64,000 bases of DNA from Lama glama (taxonomy: Eukaryota). The stretch's first letter is position 1, and each line of letters opens with the position of its first letter. Location of the stretch: positions 79,672,001 through 79,736,000 of the forward strand of contig CM052816.1 in the NCBI GenBank assembly GCA_028534125.1. Reading direction: 5' to 3'. The notes under the pieces were generated by a model. The model was not told the origin of the DNA, did not search any database, and saw only the letters and a list, made by a program, of their open reading frames with translations. The position numbers and the translations under genes are program-made. Of this stretch, positions 36,102-49,229 are shown piece after piece.

Positions 36102-38378
36102 AAAAAATGGCATGATGGTTGCCAGTACCTGGGTAGGGAGGAGGACTGGGGAGTCACTAATAAATGGGCATAAAGTTTCAGTTAAGGAAGATTAATAAAT
36201 TCTAGAGGTCTGCTGTACAGCATTGTACTTACAGTTAGCAATAATGTATTGTACACTTAAAAAATTTTAAGAGGGTAAATCTCACATTAAGTGTTCGTAC
36301 ACAAAGTAAAATTTTTAAAAAATAACAAGTATGCTATGGTGAGGCTTAACTTTATTTTTCTATCTCAACTCCAGTTGCCTTAGTCACTGATAAATAGAAA
36401 TGTAGTCTATTTCTTGTATTTTTATACCATTTTACTAAGAAGAAGTTTCCAAGCAGAGAAATGAATTTTGTGTTCAAATGGTAAGCTTTCATTTCTTGTT
36501 TTATTCAGTCAGCAAACATTTGTTGTGAGACTGCCATGAGCCAGGCACTCAGCAAAGTATTGGAGACACAAAAGTGGAGTAAGAACCCTGTCTTCAAGAT
36601 ACTCATGACCCTCAAGGCAAACTTTATTTTAGTTGCAATAATGCAACAATAACAACGTGTACAAAATAGAGTAGATGCGTAGAGAAAGTGATTGAAATGC
36701 TCAAGCAGAATTCAAAAACCCTCTAATATATGGGGTACCACCAAAAAGATGCTTTCAGGGTGCATTAGATAGGAACAGGCAACTTCCAAAGATTCATCCA
36801 ACCCTGAGGTTCTAAGAGCTTTGTAAAGTGGGGACTTCTCCCCTTAACCACAAAGGAAGGCAACCAGTTAGTGTGCAGGTGACATAAGTGAGGTGTTGTC
36901 CACTTTTTCTTGCCATGAATTCTATCAGAGCAGATCCTGAAGACCAACATTTCTCTTCTTTATTTGGATTTTTCACTAAATTATCCTCAGAGCAACTGGA
37001 TGTTCCAGCAATAGGTGTCAGAAAAAAACAGATGGCTATTTCTGTGCAGTCGGAGAGAGCTTGTGCTCTGTCATCAGCATAATGTTTATGAAGTCGATTT
37101 TCAGTACCTGCTGGATGAGGCTAATGTGAGCACTAGCTTTCCGCAGCCCATCGGCGTCGTTCCTGGGTGGTTTGACAGGGGTGATATTTTATCACAAACA
37201 CGAAGAAGGTGAGCTCTGTTCTCCTTGTGTATTCATTACTTGCTTCATCATGCTGGTAAATAATATGCATATGGTAATCTGAGAAACACAGTGTTCCCAT
37301 TGCTCTTTTTTTAATCCCGGAGTACTGTCTTTCTTTTGTAAATACTACAAAAAAACTCAAAGGCAAGATTACCTCAAATTTGGATTTTACATTCCTCCTA
37401 TTCTTACTTTCTGGTGCCCACACAACACATAGAGGATATTCCTCTATTGGACCAGTGTTTTTAGCCAGTAGATCCCCTTCTGCTCAGACTCTTACTGTAG
37501 AGTGTTCTGGAATAACTCAATAACTCATTCATTTGTTGATTTACAAGTACACATTAAGCACCCACTGTGTGCCTGGCACTACGCTCTGTCTTCAACACAG
37601 AACAATGAGAAGGATGAAAGCATCTGATACAGAGACTGTTTTTATTTTTTTTCCCCTAAACTTTTCCAAAAACTGTGACATCATCTAGAGACAATAAAAG
37701 ACCATGAAATAAATGCCATCAATAGAAGTGGATTAACAATGAATGAGAGAACTCAAAAGCTCTCCAGATCACATATTTCAATCAACAGCCATGAGTAAAC
37801 TGATAAGCTGAAAACAGCACGATCGCGCCCATGCATTTGGGGAAGAAAGCCTCATTTATAGACTTGGAATATTGAAACCAGAGGCACAGATCAGTTTACT
37901 TAGAATTGAGTTTAGTTACATAAGGGTGTTTTACTGAGAGTAGCACTTAATTTACATCAGTTTAAACTGTCAGAATGTTTTAGTCTTTTATGGCCAGGAA
38001 CTCTTCCATTTATTGATTTATTAAACAAACATGTATTGATCTGCTTCTGTGGATCGATCAGTTGTTGTTCTAGGCACTGGAAATCAAGGGTCCTGAATCC
38101 TTAAGTTTATGCTTGGATAAGAGGATAATGAAAACAAACAAATAGACCAAAATTATGCCAGATATTAGAACTTGTGATATGTGATGTGCAAAAAAACAAA
38201 TGGTAGGTGTGTGCGTGTGTGTGTGCATGTGTAAAAGTGTGCATTACATAAGGTGATCAGGTGGAGCCAATCATGCAAATCGGGGAGGAAAATAATTTCA
38301 GGCAGAAAACAGAATATTTACCTACTCTTTTCCAAAGATGGCTCTGCCTGGACAAAAGCAGTATGCAATTATCTAAAT

Positions 38379-38604
38379 CAAGTGTTGGCAAATCCTCTTC
38401 TGCCATCTGTTTCCATTTTTTAAAAATTTAACCGTTTTTTTGTAAATAAAGTGTTTCTGGAACACAGCCAGGACTGTTTTATGTACTGTCTGTGGCTGTT
38501 TTCACACCACAACACTGGAGCTTTACGGTTGTAGGAAAGACCCTGCGGCCCACAAAGTTGAAAATATTTATCTGGCTCTTTACAGAAAAAATTTGCCAAC
38601 ACCT
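38379..38604. mobile_element. MER58A-like hAT-Charlie MITE
   Basis: TIRs caagtgttggcaaa / tttgccaacacctg; internal ttttgtaaataaagt...ggaacacagcca. Confidence 0.85.
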
Positions 38605-38709
38605 GATCTCAGTCACCAACTTGAATAATCATTATATACGGCCTTTTTTTATTCTTTAACTCTGTGAGCTCAAACCAACCATTTAGAGAAACTCTGATAA
38701 AATGCACCT

Positions 38710-38950
38710 AGTGATGATAGTTGACATTTATTGAGTGAAATTACATCCCTGGCACTGTTTTAAGCACTTCATGTGAATTGCATTACACTTAATGTTCACA
38801 GCAGCAGTATGTGGTGGGTAGGAGTATCACTCCAGGGTATGGATGAGGCAATTGAGACACAGAGAAGTTAAGTGATTCACTTGATTACACAGCAAGCAAG
38901 TGGTGGCACCAAGATTCAAAACCAGACAGCTTGGGTCATAAATACTGTCC
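38710..38950 (-). mobile_element. MIR SINE
   Basis: acatttattgagtg...ctggcactgttttaagcactt...gatgaggcaattgagacacagagaagttaagtga. Confidence 0.8.
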
Positions 38951-40369
38951 TGAATTACCTTCATGATTTAGCATTCTGCGACTCCACCACCATAACAGAC
39001 CCCATTGCTTAAAACTGCCTCTCTATTCCTAATTTGCACAAGTAAGCAAATATCTTGCTCCAGAGAATTTAGAACTTGCTTTAGAGCCAAATTTTACCAC
39101 TCTTACTTGCTTAGCATTCAGAATAAAAAGACGGCTTCCGAGTGATTTCCTCTCAAGATTCATTGAGAAGCCCTGGAGAAATAATTTAGAAACATCCATA
39201 CTGGAAATCCAGTCTGTTTCTTTAATTACCCAAATGAGCTCATTACTAAATGTACTAGATAATTCTGCAGCCTCTCCCTTGTTTTGACTGTAAGATGTTC
39301 ATTAGAGCCATTGTCACTCTTCGTTTTCTAAGGATCCAACGTAACTTCAGCATCTCTTCCCTGGATTTCTGGATGATTTCCACTAAAATCCTACATATAC
39401 TTGGTACAACTATGTGTAAACTCACCTGAAAAATCTATTTTGGAAAGTTCAAATTCTGCGATGTTTAGTCCAGTCTAGGCTCCTAACAGCCTTAACCCTG
39501 AAACTATATGTGTTCATCTCTATTAAAGATATCTATATCTCTATATCTATTTTTTGGCAGCCTAGTCACTTCTTAAGAGATTTCCCATAGGTTAATAAAA
39601 GCTTCCAAAAATCACTTGAACTTAAACTTACACATCTAATGAAAACACTAAACTTAACAGAATTCCCATTTTTCCCAAGTTCGAGTATGGGCTATGAATA
39701 GTTATTGAATAACCATAAAGTGCTAACCAGTACCTTATCACACAGGTGGTGATGGTTTCTGTCCTCATGGAACAGTGGGAAGAGGGAAAGTAGATATACA
39801 ATGTAGTGAGTGTTACGTTGAACAATGAACAGGATGACAGAGCAGTCCAGACCCATGGCACCTAACTAGGAGTTGGGGGTGGAGAGCATAGTCAAGGAAG
39901 GCTTCCTAAAAGACAAAATTTAGAAGATATAGTTGATCAGAGTTGGAGTATAGAAAGAGAGAGGATTGGAAATAAAGGAGTCAAGGGTGACATCTGGTTT
40001 CATCACCAGCATTTTGTTGAATTATTAGCCTTTTCTCAGTATATATTTCTACACACATCCAAAGCTGATACTCATCCATTCAAATCAGGACACCTTCTGC
40101 AATGTTTCATGGATGCTTTTTCTGCCTCAAGATAGTAAGAGAATCGATCCAGCCTCATTTTGCTAGTAACCAGTTGTGGGATTTTGGACAAGGAACTTAA
40201 CTTTGCTCAGCCTGTCTTTTCATCCTTATAAGGAAATTGAACAAAATGATTTTTGTGGTTCCTTCTACCTCTAAAATTCTACCTTTTAAAGTCATGTCCT
40301 TTTCATAATGCTTCCCTAATCTCTGCGGCTTCGTGTGGAGTTTCCCAATTTTGGATCATAGGATGGTGT

Positions 40370-40850
40370 ATCTGTTAGAATTGTATTACACTGTCTGTCA
40401 TCCCAAACCTGACTAACCAGGAACTAAGCCAAGTGGGATTTATTTTTCTCAATTATTAAGGAGTCCAGAGGCAGGCAGCCTATGGTTGATGAAATAGGTA
40501 CATAAGGGCATCTGGGATTCAGGCTCCCTCAAAGTTTCTTCTTAGCCATCTGTGGTTCCAAGACAGCTGCTCCGTCTATAGCTTCAAGTCTGACATCCAG
40601 GCAAGAACAAGGGCTATCAAGAAGGGCAAGTCAGGGGCTGGCTGAATATGCTTTCTTTGAAAGAGCTTGCCCCATTGGCGTCTGCTTAAATCTCATTGGT
40701 CAGAACTGTGTCATATGGCCATGCCTAGGGGTAAGGAGGTCTGGGAAATGGTCTTTTTTTTTGACTACGGACATTGATGCACTAAACAGAATGAGGGTTG
40801 TGCTGATAAGGAGGAAAAGGAGAAAGGATATTGGATAGGCAGCTCACATC
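40370..40850 (-). mobile_element. MLT1J/K-like MaLR LTR
   Basis: tctcattggtcagaactgtgtcatatggccatgcctag...ggaggtctgggaaatg...gatattggataggcag. Confidence 0.6.
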
Positions 40851-42174
40851 ATTTGCTGAAGGTTATTCAGATGTAATATTCAAAATATTTTTAAACAGAT
40901 CTGGGGTAGCCACGGAGCAATCAGAACAGATGCTGGCCAGCACCCTGGAGCAGCTCCTACAAGCTGAACAGCTGCCCTCGAGTTTTTCTACTTGGCATTA
41001 TAGTCATTGCATCCCCCCTCCCCCCATGTAATAACCTGAAGTCCATCAAAGACTGGATTATATTTTTCATATATTCTTTCCGTTCTCCAGAAGAGTGACA
41101 TTTACATAGAGGAAGTGTTCACTTTTGTTGAAAGGAGTTGAATTATTCATATTATAATCTAAGGATGAGACAACTAGGCAAAGAAATATTCAAGTTATTA
41201 TCTGTTCAGTTTCTTCTCCTCTGCATGGTGACTGTATATCCTAAATGCCACAGTACAGTTGATTATAAAGGTGACAGATGAATATGGGCTTTGAAGGTTG
41301 TTTAGATCTCTTACAACTATTCAAAAGGATTATTATAGACTTAAAAAAAGGAGAGAAAAAAAATTGCCTGAAGCTTTTCACTTCAGAGATTCAGAAGACC
41401 TTTCCCTTCATTTATTAGGTTGAATAGAATTAATAAGGAGCCACCCCCACCCTGTTACAATAAAGAATTTTAAAAAATCATTTCCTTAAAGAATTACATC
41501 TGGTTCTTCCAGCCTGTAATAATCCTAATAGTGTATTATTTCTTTTCACTTGAATTTTGAGTAACTGGAATGCTGAGAGGTACAGATGGAGTGTTTTACT
41601 TAATTTTCTTATAAACTTGAGATTAACTCAGAAATTCATGTATCAATTCTTATTCTTGAAAAAAAGAGTTACGTATTTTTAATGTTCATAGTTTAATTTT
41701 CACTAATCAAATCTTTCCAAGTGCCTGTATTTCCTCTGCTACACTATATTTAAATGCTATTTCAGTTTCTGCTATACTTTTTTCATTTGCTCTTCTTCTC
41801 CAGTTTATTCTCGATTCTGTGTTTTTTTATGAAATACAAGTATAACCGAAATTATTTGAAAAAATCAATGGGCTACTAAGAAAAATATACATATGCAATA
41901 TCCACTTTCCAGATTAGCTTGGCAAGACCTACCTTTGAATCATAATTTCCACTAAAACATCTCTGAAATGCAAATTATTCTATGAGGTAATAAAGGTTAG
42001 AATATAGTGGGTGCTTCGTTTCATTCCTTTATCTTTAATCTCTTGCTTTGGCGCCTTTTAATATTTGAGCTACATACTTACATCTTTTTTGGTCCTTTCA
42101 GGAAATCTCTTTACATTTTGCCTGGCTGATTTTTTAAATTAATAAAGTATGGTGGGTTATCTTCTTTATATCCT

Positions 42175-42362
42175 ACACCTTCAATTCTGAGATGAACTTT
42201 TTTTGCACACACTTTATTATCTTTGAAATTGGGATACATCCTTAATTTTGGAAGGGGGCTGCATATTATGATTTAATCAGAAGGCTTTTTCCCCTTGGCA
42301 GTACATAAATTAACAGTAGGAAATAAAACAATTGATGGCTTCTCACATGCGTTGAAGTAAAA
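42175..42362. mobile_element. MER104-like Tc2-type MITE
   Basis: ttcaattctgagatg...tctttgaaattgggatacatc...gtacataaattaacagt...acaattgatggc resembles MER104 from recall. Confidence 0.45.
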
Positions 42363-42754
42363 TAATCTCTAACAGTAACAGTCTACTTTGAAGAACTTCT
42401 GAATGATCCAGGAACCTGCTCTGAACCATACAATTGTTTCTGACTTGTGCCGTCTTATTATATCCTAACCAGAATGAGGTTTAAGTCTTTGAAAATAGGA
42501 AATGCAAGTAAGGGTATAGATACTCGTCCTTATGAGTCTCTACATAGTATTTTTTCTCAACTGCAGTTTTTGAACCTTACTGACTATGCCTTGCAAATGA
42601 CTAACAAAACCAAAATGTAAAGCATGTCCTATTTTCTGTAAATTTCCAGTCCGCCTTCCACTCCTCCCCCACCACAATAGCAGACAAATCACTAAGTAAC
42701 TTCCTGGTCACCTATCTACTCAATGAGAATATTGTAGTTATTGTGATACCTTCT

Positions 42755-42900
42755 TTTTTTAAAATTCTGATTAAATATACATAACATGAAGTTTACCATC
42801 TTAACCGTTTTTAGGAGTACAGTTCAGGAGTGTTAAGTAATTCACGTAGTTATGCAACCAATCTCTAGAACTCTCCCCATCTTGAAAAACTGGAATTCCT
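42755..42900 (-). mobile_element. L1 3' terminal fragment
   Basis: taaatatacataacatgaagtttaccatcttaaccgtttttaggagtacagttca. Confidence 0.75.
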
Positions 42901-43549
42901 GTGATATCTTTTAAAAGGCAATTCTCTAATCTCCAACTTTTAGCTACACAGCCCTTACAATTTTTGACAGAACAGTTTCAGATAATTCTAAGCCTCAACC
43001 CAGAGGGTTAGCCCCAGCCCAAGCCAGATTAGACCATTAAGACTTTTTTTCAAAGTTTCAAACTTTACTATCTTTAGATATGTGTGTGTAAGTTTGTTTG
43101 AATGACTATATCAGTCTATAAAGTGGAATTAAACATTTTAATATTTTAGCACTTTCATACTTCAAAACATTTCCTGCTGATTGGCTCCCACCAAAAAGGA
43201 ATGTGTCCTTCCATTAAAGGACCTGACGCATTACAGTAATTGTTCCCAGATCTCTTTTCTTGTCTTACCTTGTTATTTAATGATAGTGTGCTTCTTTGAA
43301 GTCAGAAAATAGTCTTTCATGATCTGCACTCAAAGGTATGGTTGAATCAGATAACTGTATCCTTGTTGAAGGAGATTGTTTTGAAACATATGAACTAATG
43401 AGAAGGCAAATTGGTTCTCCTACTGAATTTCTAGGAGCCCTAGACCTCGGTGCTGGTGCCTCCAGAGGGAACACAGGGTACAAATAGGAGGCTAAATGAA
43501 TGGAGCTGGCCACATGCTCGCTCTTCTCTGCTTTCAAATATTCCTATTT

Positions 43550-43611
43550 GGTGTATATATATATATATAATATTATATATTTATACACACACAAAAATAT
43601 CTATCTATATT

Positions 43612-43645
<34 letters not shown>

Positions 43646-43735
43646 TGTGTTTTAATCCTTCCCCACCTCTTTTCCCCTCTGATGACCGTAAGTTTGTTTC
43701 CTATGTCGGTGAGTCTCTCTGTTTTGTAGTGTTTT
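43550..43735 (-). mobile_element. L1 3' UTR fragment with (TA)n/(CA)n microsatellite
   Basis: ttcccctctgatgaccgtaagtttgtttcctatgtcggtgagtctct matches the same UTR segment at ~1900-1950 and ~62630-62690. Confidence 0.75.
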
Positions 43736-44182
43736 GAGATCTTGTATAGATTTTTCAGGATTTCCATAAAGAAAAGAAAGTCATGCTGCTTTAAAAAAAT
43801 TCCTTGAAAAGTGGAGAAAATAGACGCTTTTTATTTAAACAGATCTGGGTTCAAATTATAACTCAGACCTGTGCGGTCTTTAGACCAATCGCTAACCTCC
43901 AAGCTTCATTTTCTTTATGAGTAAAATGTTAGGTATTGTCATCACCAACCTGGTGAGAGGATTGTAAAATAGAGTATTAAGCATGTCTCGCATGAAGTTC
44001 ACGTCCTCAGTGAATTCAGCTGGCTGATGGCAGCCAGCATCAGAAATTGCAGGGCATCAAGCATCGTTGGTTCACAATCATTGATGGGATGTCCCTTTTT
44101 TTCAGTCTGTCTCCTACCCACCTGCCTCTTCTATAAGAGGTCAAGAAAGAGTTTTAGATAAGTGCTTTATTCCCCCTGTAAG

Positions 44183-44360
44183 GCAAGTTCTCAAGGGTGG
44201 ACTTTGGGCGAGCAGCTTCAGCACCACCAGTGACTTTATCAGAATTATAAAATCTCAAGCCTCACCGCAAACCTATGAGTCAGAAACTCTGGGGGTGGAT
44301 TTTAGCAATCTGTATTTTAATAAGCCTTCGAAGTGATTCTGATGCACACTGAAGTTTGAG
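44183..44360. mobile_element. MER5A-like hAT-Charlie element
   Basis: gttctcaagggtgg...gagtcagaaactctgggggtgg...agcaatctgtattttaataagcc...gtgattctgatgcacactgaagtttgag. Confidence 0.85.
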
Positions 44361-44559
44361 TAAAGAAGCGACTCACATGGACTAACCAGCTAAAGTGGGA
44401 ACAGGAGAGGTATGGGGTAGGCCAGTTTGTAGCAGAGACAGGAGTCTAATAATAACTGGTCTCTCAAGGACTGGAAACCAGATCCAGGGACCTTGGGAGC
44501 TGACGTTAGTAGGTCTTTACCCTGGTGCTGCCTTTCCCATCAGTCAGTCAACTTCTAGG

Positions 44560-44770
44560 GCAATAATTCTCAACCAGGGACAATTTTGCTTCCCAAAGCT
44601 ATTTCCCACTATCTGGAGACATTTTTACTGTCATGACTGGGGAGGTGGTACCCGCATCTAGTGAGTAGAGTCCAGGGATGCTATTAAACATCCTACGATG
44701 CACAGGACAGCCCCACAACAAAAAACATCCAGCCCCAAATGTCAATAGTGCTGAAACTGAGAGACCCCAC
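44560..44770. mobile_element. MER20-like hAT-Charlie element
   Basis: ttctcaaccagggacaattttgc...tggagacattttt...gcatctagtgagtagagtccagggatgctattaaacatcctac...ccaaatgtcaatagtgc. Confidence 0.88.
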
Positions 44771-46230
44771 TCTCTGGAGGTCTTCCTCCTAATCTACTTG
44801 CATCTCTCCCCGCAACCAACTAACTTCTCTCCTTGTCACCTACAAGCTCTTAAACTGGCTTCTGTGAGCCCTCAGGGGGGTCCATGAATAGAACTCAGAA
44901 AGTCCATAAACTCCCACAAATGTTTACAAAATATTGTCTTTTTCTTTCTTTATTCATTAATTTATTTGTGTGTGTGTGTGGCAAGCTTTGGGAAGGCTGC
45001 GGTGCATGGTTTTCATGAAATTCTTAAGAGGCTTTTTCTACGTTAATTCTGTGTATTATTTCTCTGCCTCAGAGTTCTGCTCATTCACCACTTCAGTTTG
45101 CTGGTCGTTTCAGCTCACTCTAGGCTCACGGCCATTCTGCTGTCTCTACTTCATAACTTCTCAACTTCTACCCCTGCTGCTGCTTCCTTTTTCTTGATTC
45201 ATTTCCCAGCTCAAATCCCCAAGATGAGGCATCTGATTGACACTGCTGTTTCTTCCTTGGGAGGAGCTTTTCACACCAGACGCCCTCGTGGGCCCCTGAC
45301 AATCCAGTGCAGTAGCTGCCCCGATCCTGGTCAGACCCACCATGAGATGGAGAAAGCCGGAGGGGAGTCACGTCAGCTGGTCCTTGTATGACCGTTCAAG
45401 GCAGGCTCCCTCAGAACAGGCGCTGACTGGGGCAAGCATCAAGATGGTCCTAACTAAGATGATGAGGAGAAAATCCAGGGGTTGAGCTCTGGCTGGAGAA
45501 GCCACAGGTCGTCTGGAAAAGGGAAGAGCATGGAATCAACCTTCAACAGAAAGCAGGGTGCAGTAAGGACCAGCAAGTTCAGAAGCCTGTGATGAGGGTG
45601 GAGTCGAGCAGGGGAGGTAATCTGGGGTCCAGGAAGAAGGGACAGGGCTCAAGGGGTCCACATGATCAAAGAAAAAGCTCAGATGCAGAAGCAGGAACAA
45701 ACCAATGCTATCGAACGATCAGCAAAAGTAAGGCACTTCTGTCTCTCTTGCTTTTTTACTCGCCACCTTCCTCAGCGGAAGCTAATCCACTTAACAGCTC
45801 AGTGAGGAGGCTTGTAGGACGAAACAGTGGAAATGCTGCATTTGCTGAGGAAGTCAAGGCACCACAGAGAGATTTGATTTGCCCTTTGTGCCACTCATCC
45901 CTTCCCTCTCTGACCCCCTTCTAGCTCCTTTGCTTTTCTTTTAGTTCGTTTCATGACATCAGAATTTTGTTTGTCTAACTGAATAGAAAAGAAGTATTTA
46001 TTTCCTACTTTTTAATTTTAAAAAGCAACAGAGTTAACTCTCTAAGGAAAATAACTCAAAACTCTAAACCGCATTAAATTAGATTTGTATTTAAGTAGAC
46101 TTGAATGAACCATTCTTCTTTGGGTTAGTAGATCCAAAGGGGGAAAAAAATGTTCCTCCATCCAATGTTATTTAAACGGTTTAGGTGACAGAGATGCATC
46201 CTACCAACCCCAAGAAATACCTTAAAACCA

Positions 46231-46401
46231 GGGAAGGGTATAGCTCAAGTGGTAGAGTGCTTGCTTAGCATGAATGAGGTCCTGGGTTCAATCCCCAGTA
46301 CCTCCTTTAAAAATAAACCTAGTTACCTCTTCCCACCAAAATAAAGTAATTAAATAATATTATAATAAATAAAAGATAAGGTTTTTTTTAATTTAAAAAA
46401 A
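46231..46401 (+). mobile_element. tRNA-derived camelid SINE (vic-1-like) with 19-bp TSD
   Basis: A and B boxes plus tail; TSD AAGAAATACCTTAAAACCA (46212-46230) / AAGAAACACCTTAGAACCA (46402-46420). Confidence 0.92.
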
Positions 46402-46418
46402 AAGAAACACCTTAGAAC

Positions 46419-46577
46419 CATGGTTCACAAGCTTCGTCATCTATGAGAATTCCAAAAGTTCAAGTGTCACCCCACATCATTACATCAGAATGTTTGGTGG
46501 CAGGGAAGCCAAGAAGTCAATATGTTTTTAAGGTTTCCTAGGGAGTCCAATGTGCAACAGATTTGAGGAACCACGAC
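46419..46577. mobile_element. MER5-like fragment
   Basis: catggttcacaagctt...tatgttttttaaggtttccctagggagtccaatgtgcaacagatttgaggaaccac. Confidence 0.6.
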
Positions 46578-47406
46578 TTTAGAGGATGTTTCACTAAAGT
46601 CCTGATATTGGATTGCTGTCTTGCCACTTTTTACCAAAAAGTGGAACGTGAAAGAGAACACGTTGTTTTTCAACTAATTGAATTAAATCTCAGTTAATCG
46701 AGGCTGTGCTCTAATTTATTCCCAGAAGTCAACTAGCTGAGATCAAATTAGCTGTCAGGCTAGCATTTTGGCCTCCTATAGTCAAAACAATCAACTTCAC
46801 TGATTTGGGGTTGTTAGTTTAATCTTCAGCTTCATAACTTGGTGTTTTAACTTATCCAGACACAACTTGGGACCCTGGGGATTTTCTGACTTATTCACCA
46901 CCGTGTTCCCAGAGTCAGTCGGGAGCACTAACATCTCCAAGGTACCGCATCCGGGTGTGATCATGTAAGGAGAAAGTAGCCATCAGAATCCCTCAAGCCG
47001 CAGCTCACCATCTCAGCCCGCACTTCCAGAGGCCTCCCAGTTCCGGCTCTGTCTCAGCTCCGTGGTTTCTGTTTCGTCTTCAAATGTGAAGAGTTGTGTT
47101 GTTTTTCAGTAAGCATAGCTGGAAAGACTCCAGGGCCTGTTTCAGAGGGCATTCTACTGTGATGGCCTGTTCTCATGACCATTTGTGGGACCTCGTTTGA
47201 GCGAGACCACTTTGTGCTCCTAGCAGCGGTGTCCTTTGCTAGTCCGGGCGCCTCATCTGCAGGTTCACAGCCTTTAAGGACAGAAAGCGAACCCTGTGAG
47301 GAAGGGATCAGACTCAGGGCTGCTCAGTCCCATAGGAAGAGCCCAAAACATCACTTAATGATGATCTCTGAAAGCATGACAGATGAGCAGAAAGAAAACT
47401 CAGGCT

Positions 47407-47787
47407 AAGAAAGAGAAAGAAAAATACCATATGAGATCACTCATATGTGGAATCTAAAAAAAAAACACAAATATAGAACAGAAACAGACTCATAGACATA
47501 GAATACAAACCTGCAGTTACCAAGGGGGAGCGGGTTGGGAAGGGACAGACTGGGAGTTCGAAATTTGTAGATACTGACAGGCATATGTAGAATAGATAAA
47601 CAAGATTATACTGTATAGCACAGGGAAATATGTACAAGATCTTGTGGTAGCTCACAATGAAAAAAATGCAACAATAAATGTATGTATGTTCATGTATAAC
47701 GGAAAAGTTGTGCTCTACACCGGAAATTGACACAACATTGTAAAATGACTATAACTCAAAAAAAAAAAACTGTTAAAAAAAATAAAA
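47407..47787 (+). mobile_element. Young 5'-truncated camelid L1 3' end with perfect 16-bp TSD
   Basis: ataccatatgagatcactcatatgtggaatc...gacacaacattgtaaaatgactataactc plus poly(A); AAAGAAAACTCAGGCT at 47391-47406 and 47788-47803. Confidence 0.95.
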
Positions 47788-49229
47788 AAAGAAAACTCAG
47801 GCTGGTTGGTCACTATTTCCACAGAGGAAACAAGCTTAAAGTGCAGTTAATTGTCAGTTTAGTGAAACAGAGACAGTAACTTCAGGATTAAATAATAAAT
47901 TTGACCATTGGAAGAAGCCAGTGGTATTTATTGCTAAAGAGACAGTCTGCTGTGAAACAGAGATCGGAGGACTGGGTCTCAATCCTACCTTGACCTCTAA
48001 CTTGCCACGTGACCATGCCTGTAACATGAGTTTTCAGGCCCTCAGTGCCCTCGTCAGTCAGGTGAGAGGCCGAGCTGGGTAATCATCGAAGTCCCTTATT
48101 ACACACTAACACACTGTGATATTTAAAAACAGGACATGGAGCCTTCTGCCTTGAGTGGGTATTAATAGAATCTTGATTAGATGAGGTTCCTGCTCAAGAA
48201 TTGGCAGACTAATTCACTAATTTGTTTCCTATTTTGAATTGCAAAAATTTCAGGACCACATTAGATAACAAGAAACTATTATTACTTCTATTAGACAAGG
48301 AAAATAACACCATGGCTGTGTAAGAACACAGTCATGACTGCTCGATATACATACTGAAATAGGTAGTGGTCAAATAGCAAGATGTCTGGGATTTGCTTTT
48401 TTAAAAAATAATAAAATGAAGTAATATATCCAATAATATATCTAGATCTCACAAGATGCCTTTTGGTCTGGCACCTTTTCTGAATATGGAATCTAGGTTC
48501 TAGAAAAAGGAGTCAGGAGCCTGAAGAAGTAAGCAAATGGTCTTGAATGTTGTGGACAAAGAGCCAAGCTTTCGAGGCCACACAAAACTTTTCCTGAAAA
48601 TCTGGAATATGAAGGTTGAATTAATTTACCTTTCCTTCTGGGTTATATGGATAGGATGGTAAGCTGAAAGCTTACCCTGGTGGGGGCGGGGGAAGAACGG
48701 AATGGAAGCCCTGAGAAGTTTTAGTGACTTTGCTGGGGACGCATACTAATTGCACCATCAAAGCCAGAACGAGGACTGCAGGGTGAGGTTCCTTGACTAC
48801 CTCTCTTCTGTACCTCCTCCCCCTCCTGCTGGGGAAGTACCAAAAGTAGCAATATGCTTTGGGCACCATTTCCCCATTTTTTAATTTGTCCAGTATCCCA
48901 GTCTCCTTAATTGTTCTTGAAGCTCCTTCTAGTGGTTCAAGCTCTCCTTTAAATAAAAATTAACAAGACCTGAAAGCAGTGAATGCAGAACACCATCCTG
49001 GCTTCTTATGAGATATTAGCAACTCCCCACTGGAAGGGGCTTGGGTGCTGCCCTGGAATAGGATGTGGGCTGTGCCCACATTAGTCAGGCTGACCAAATG
49101 CTACACATTCCAGCTATTTTCACTTTTTAAAAATGCAATCAAAGTTTAAATTATTCATAAAAGAAGTGTGAATTGGTCACAGAGAAGGTCTTTACATAAG
49201 CACACCAGCTCACTCAGACACAAACCATC

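Larger units (their letters stand above)
32912..36319 (+). mobile_element. 5'-truncated L1 (L1MA-like), disrupted ORF2 plus 3' UTR, 18-bp TSD
   Basis: ORF fragments [25 protein letters not shown] (RT active-site region), KLDPYL...SKWIKDL, with many frameshifts; TSD AAATAACGAGTATGCTAT (32894-32911) / AAATAACAAGTATGCTAT (36320-36337). Confidence 0.95.

Noticed and set aside
48676..48775. Minus-strand exon candidate with GG|gtaagc donor
   Set aside because: Poor acceptor tract, unrecognised peptide, no partner exons
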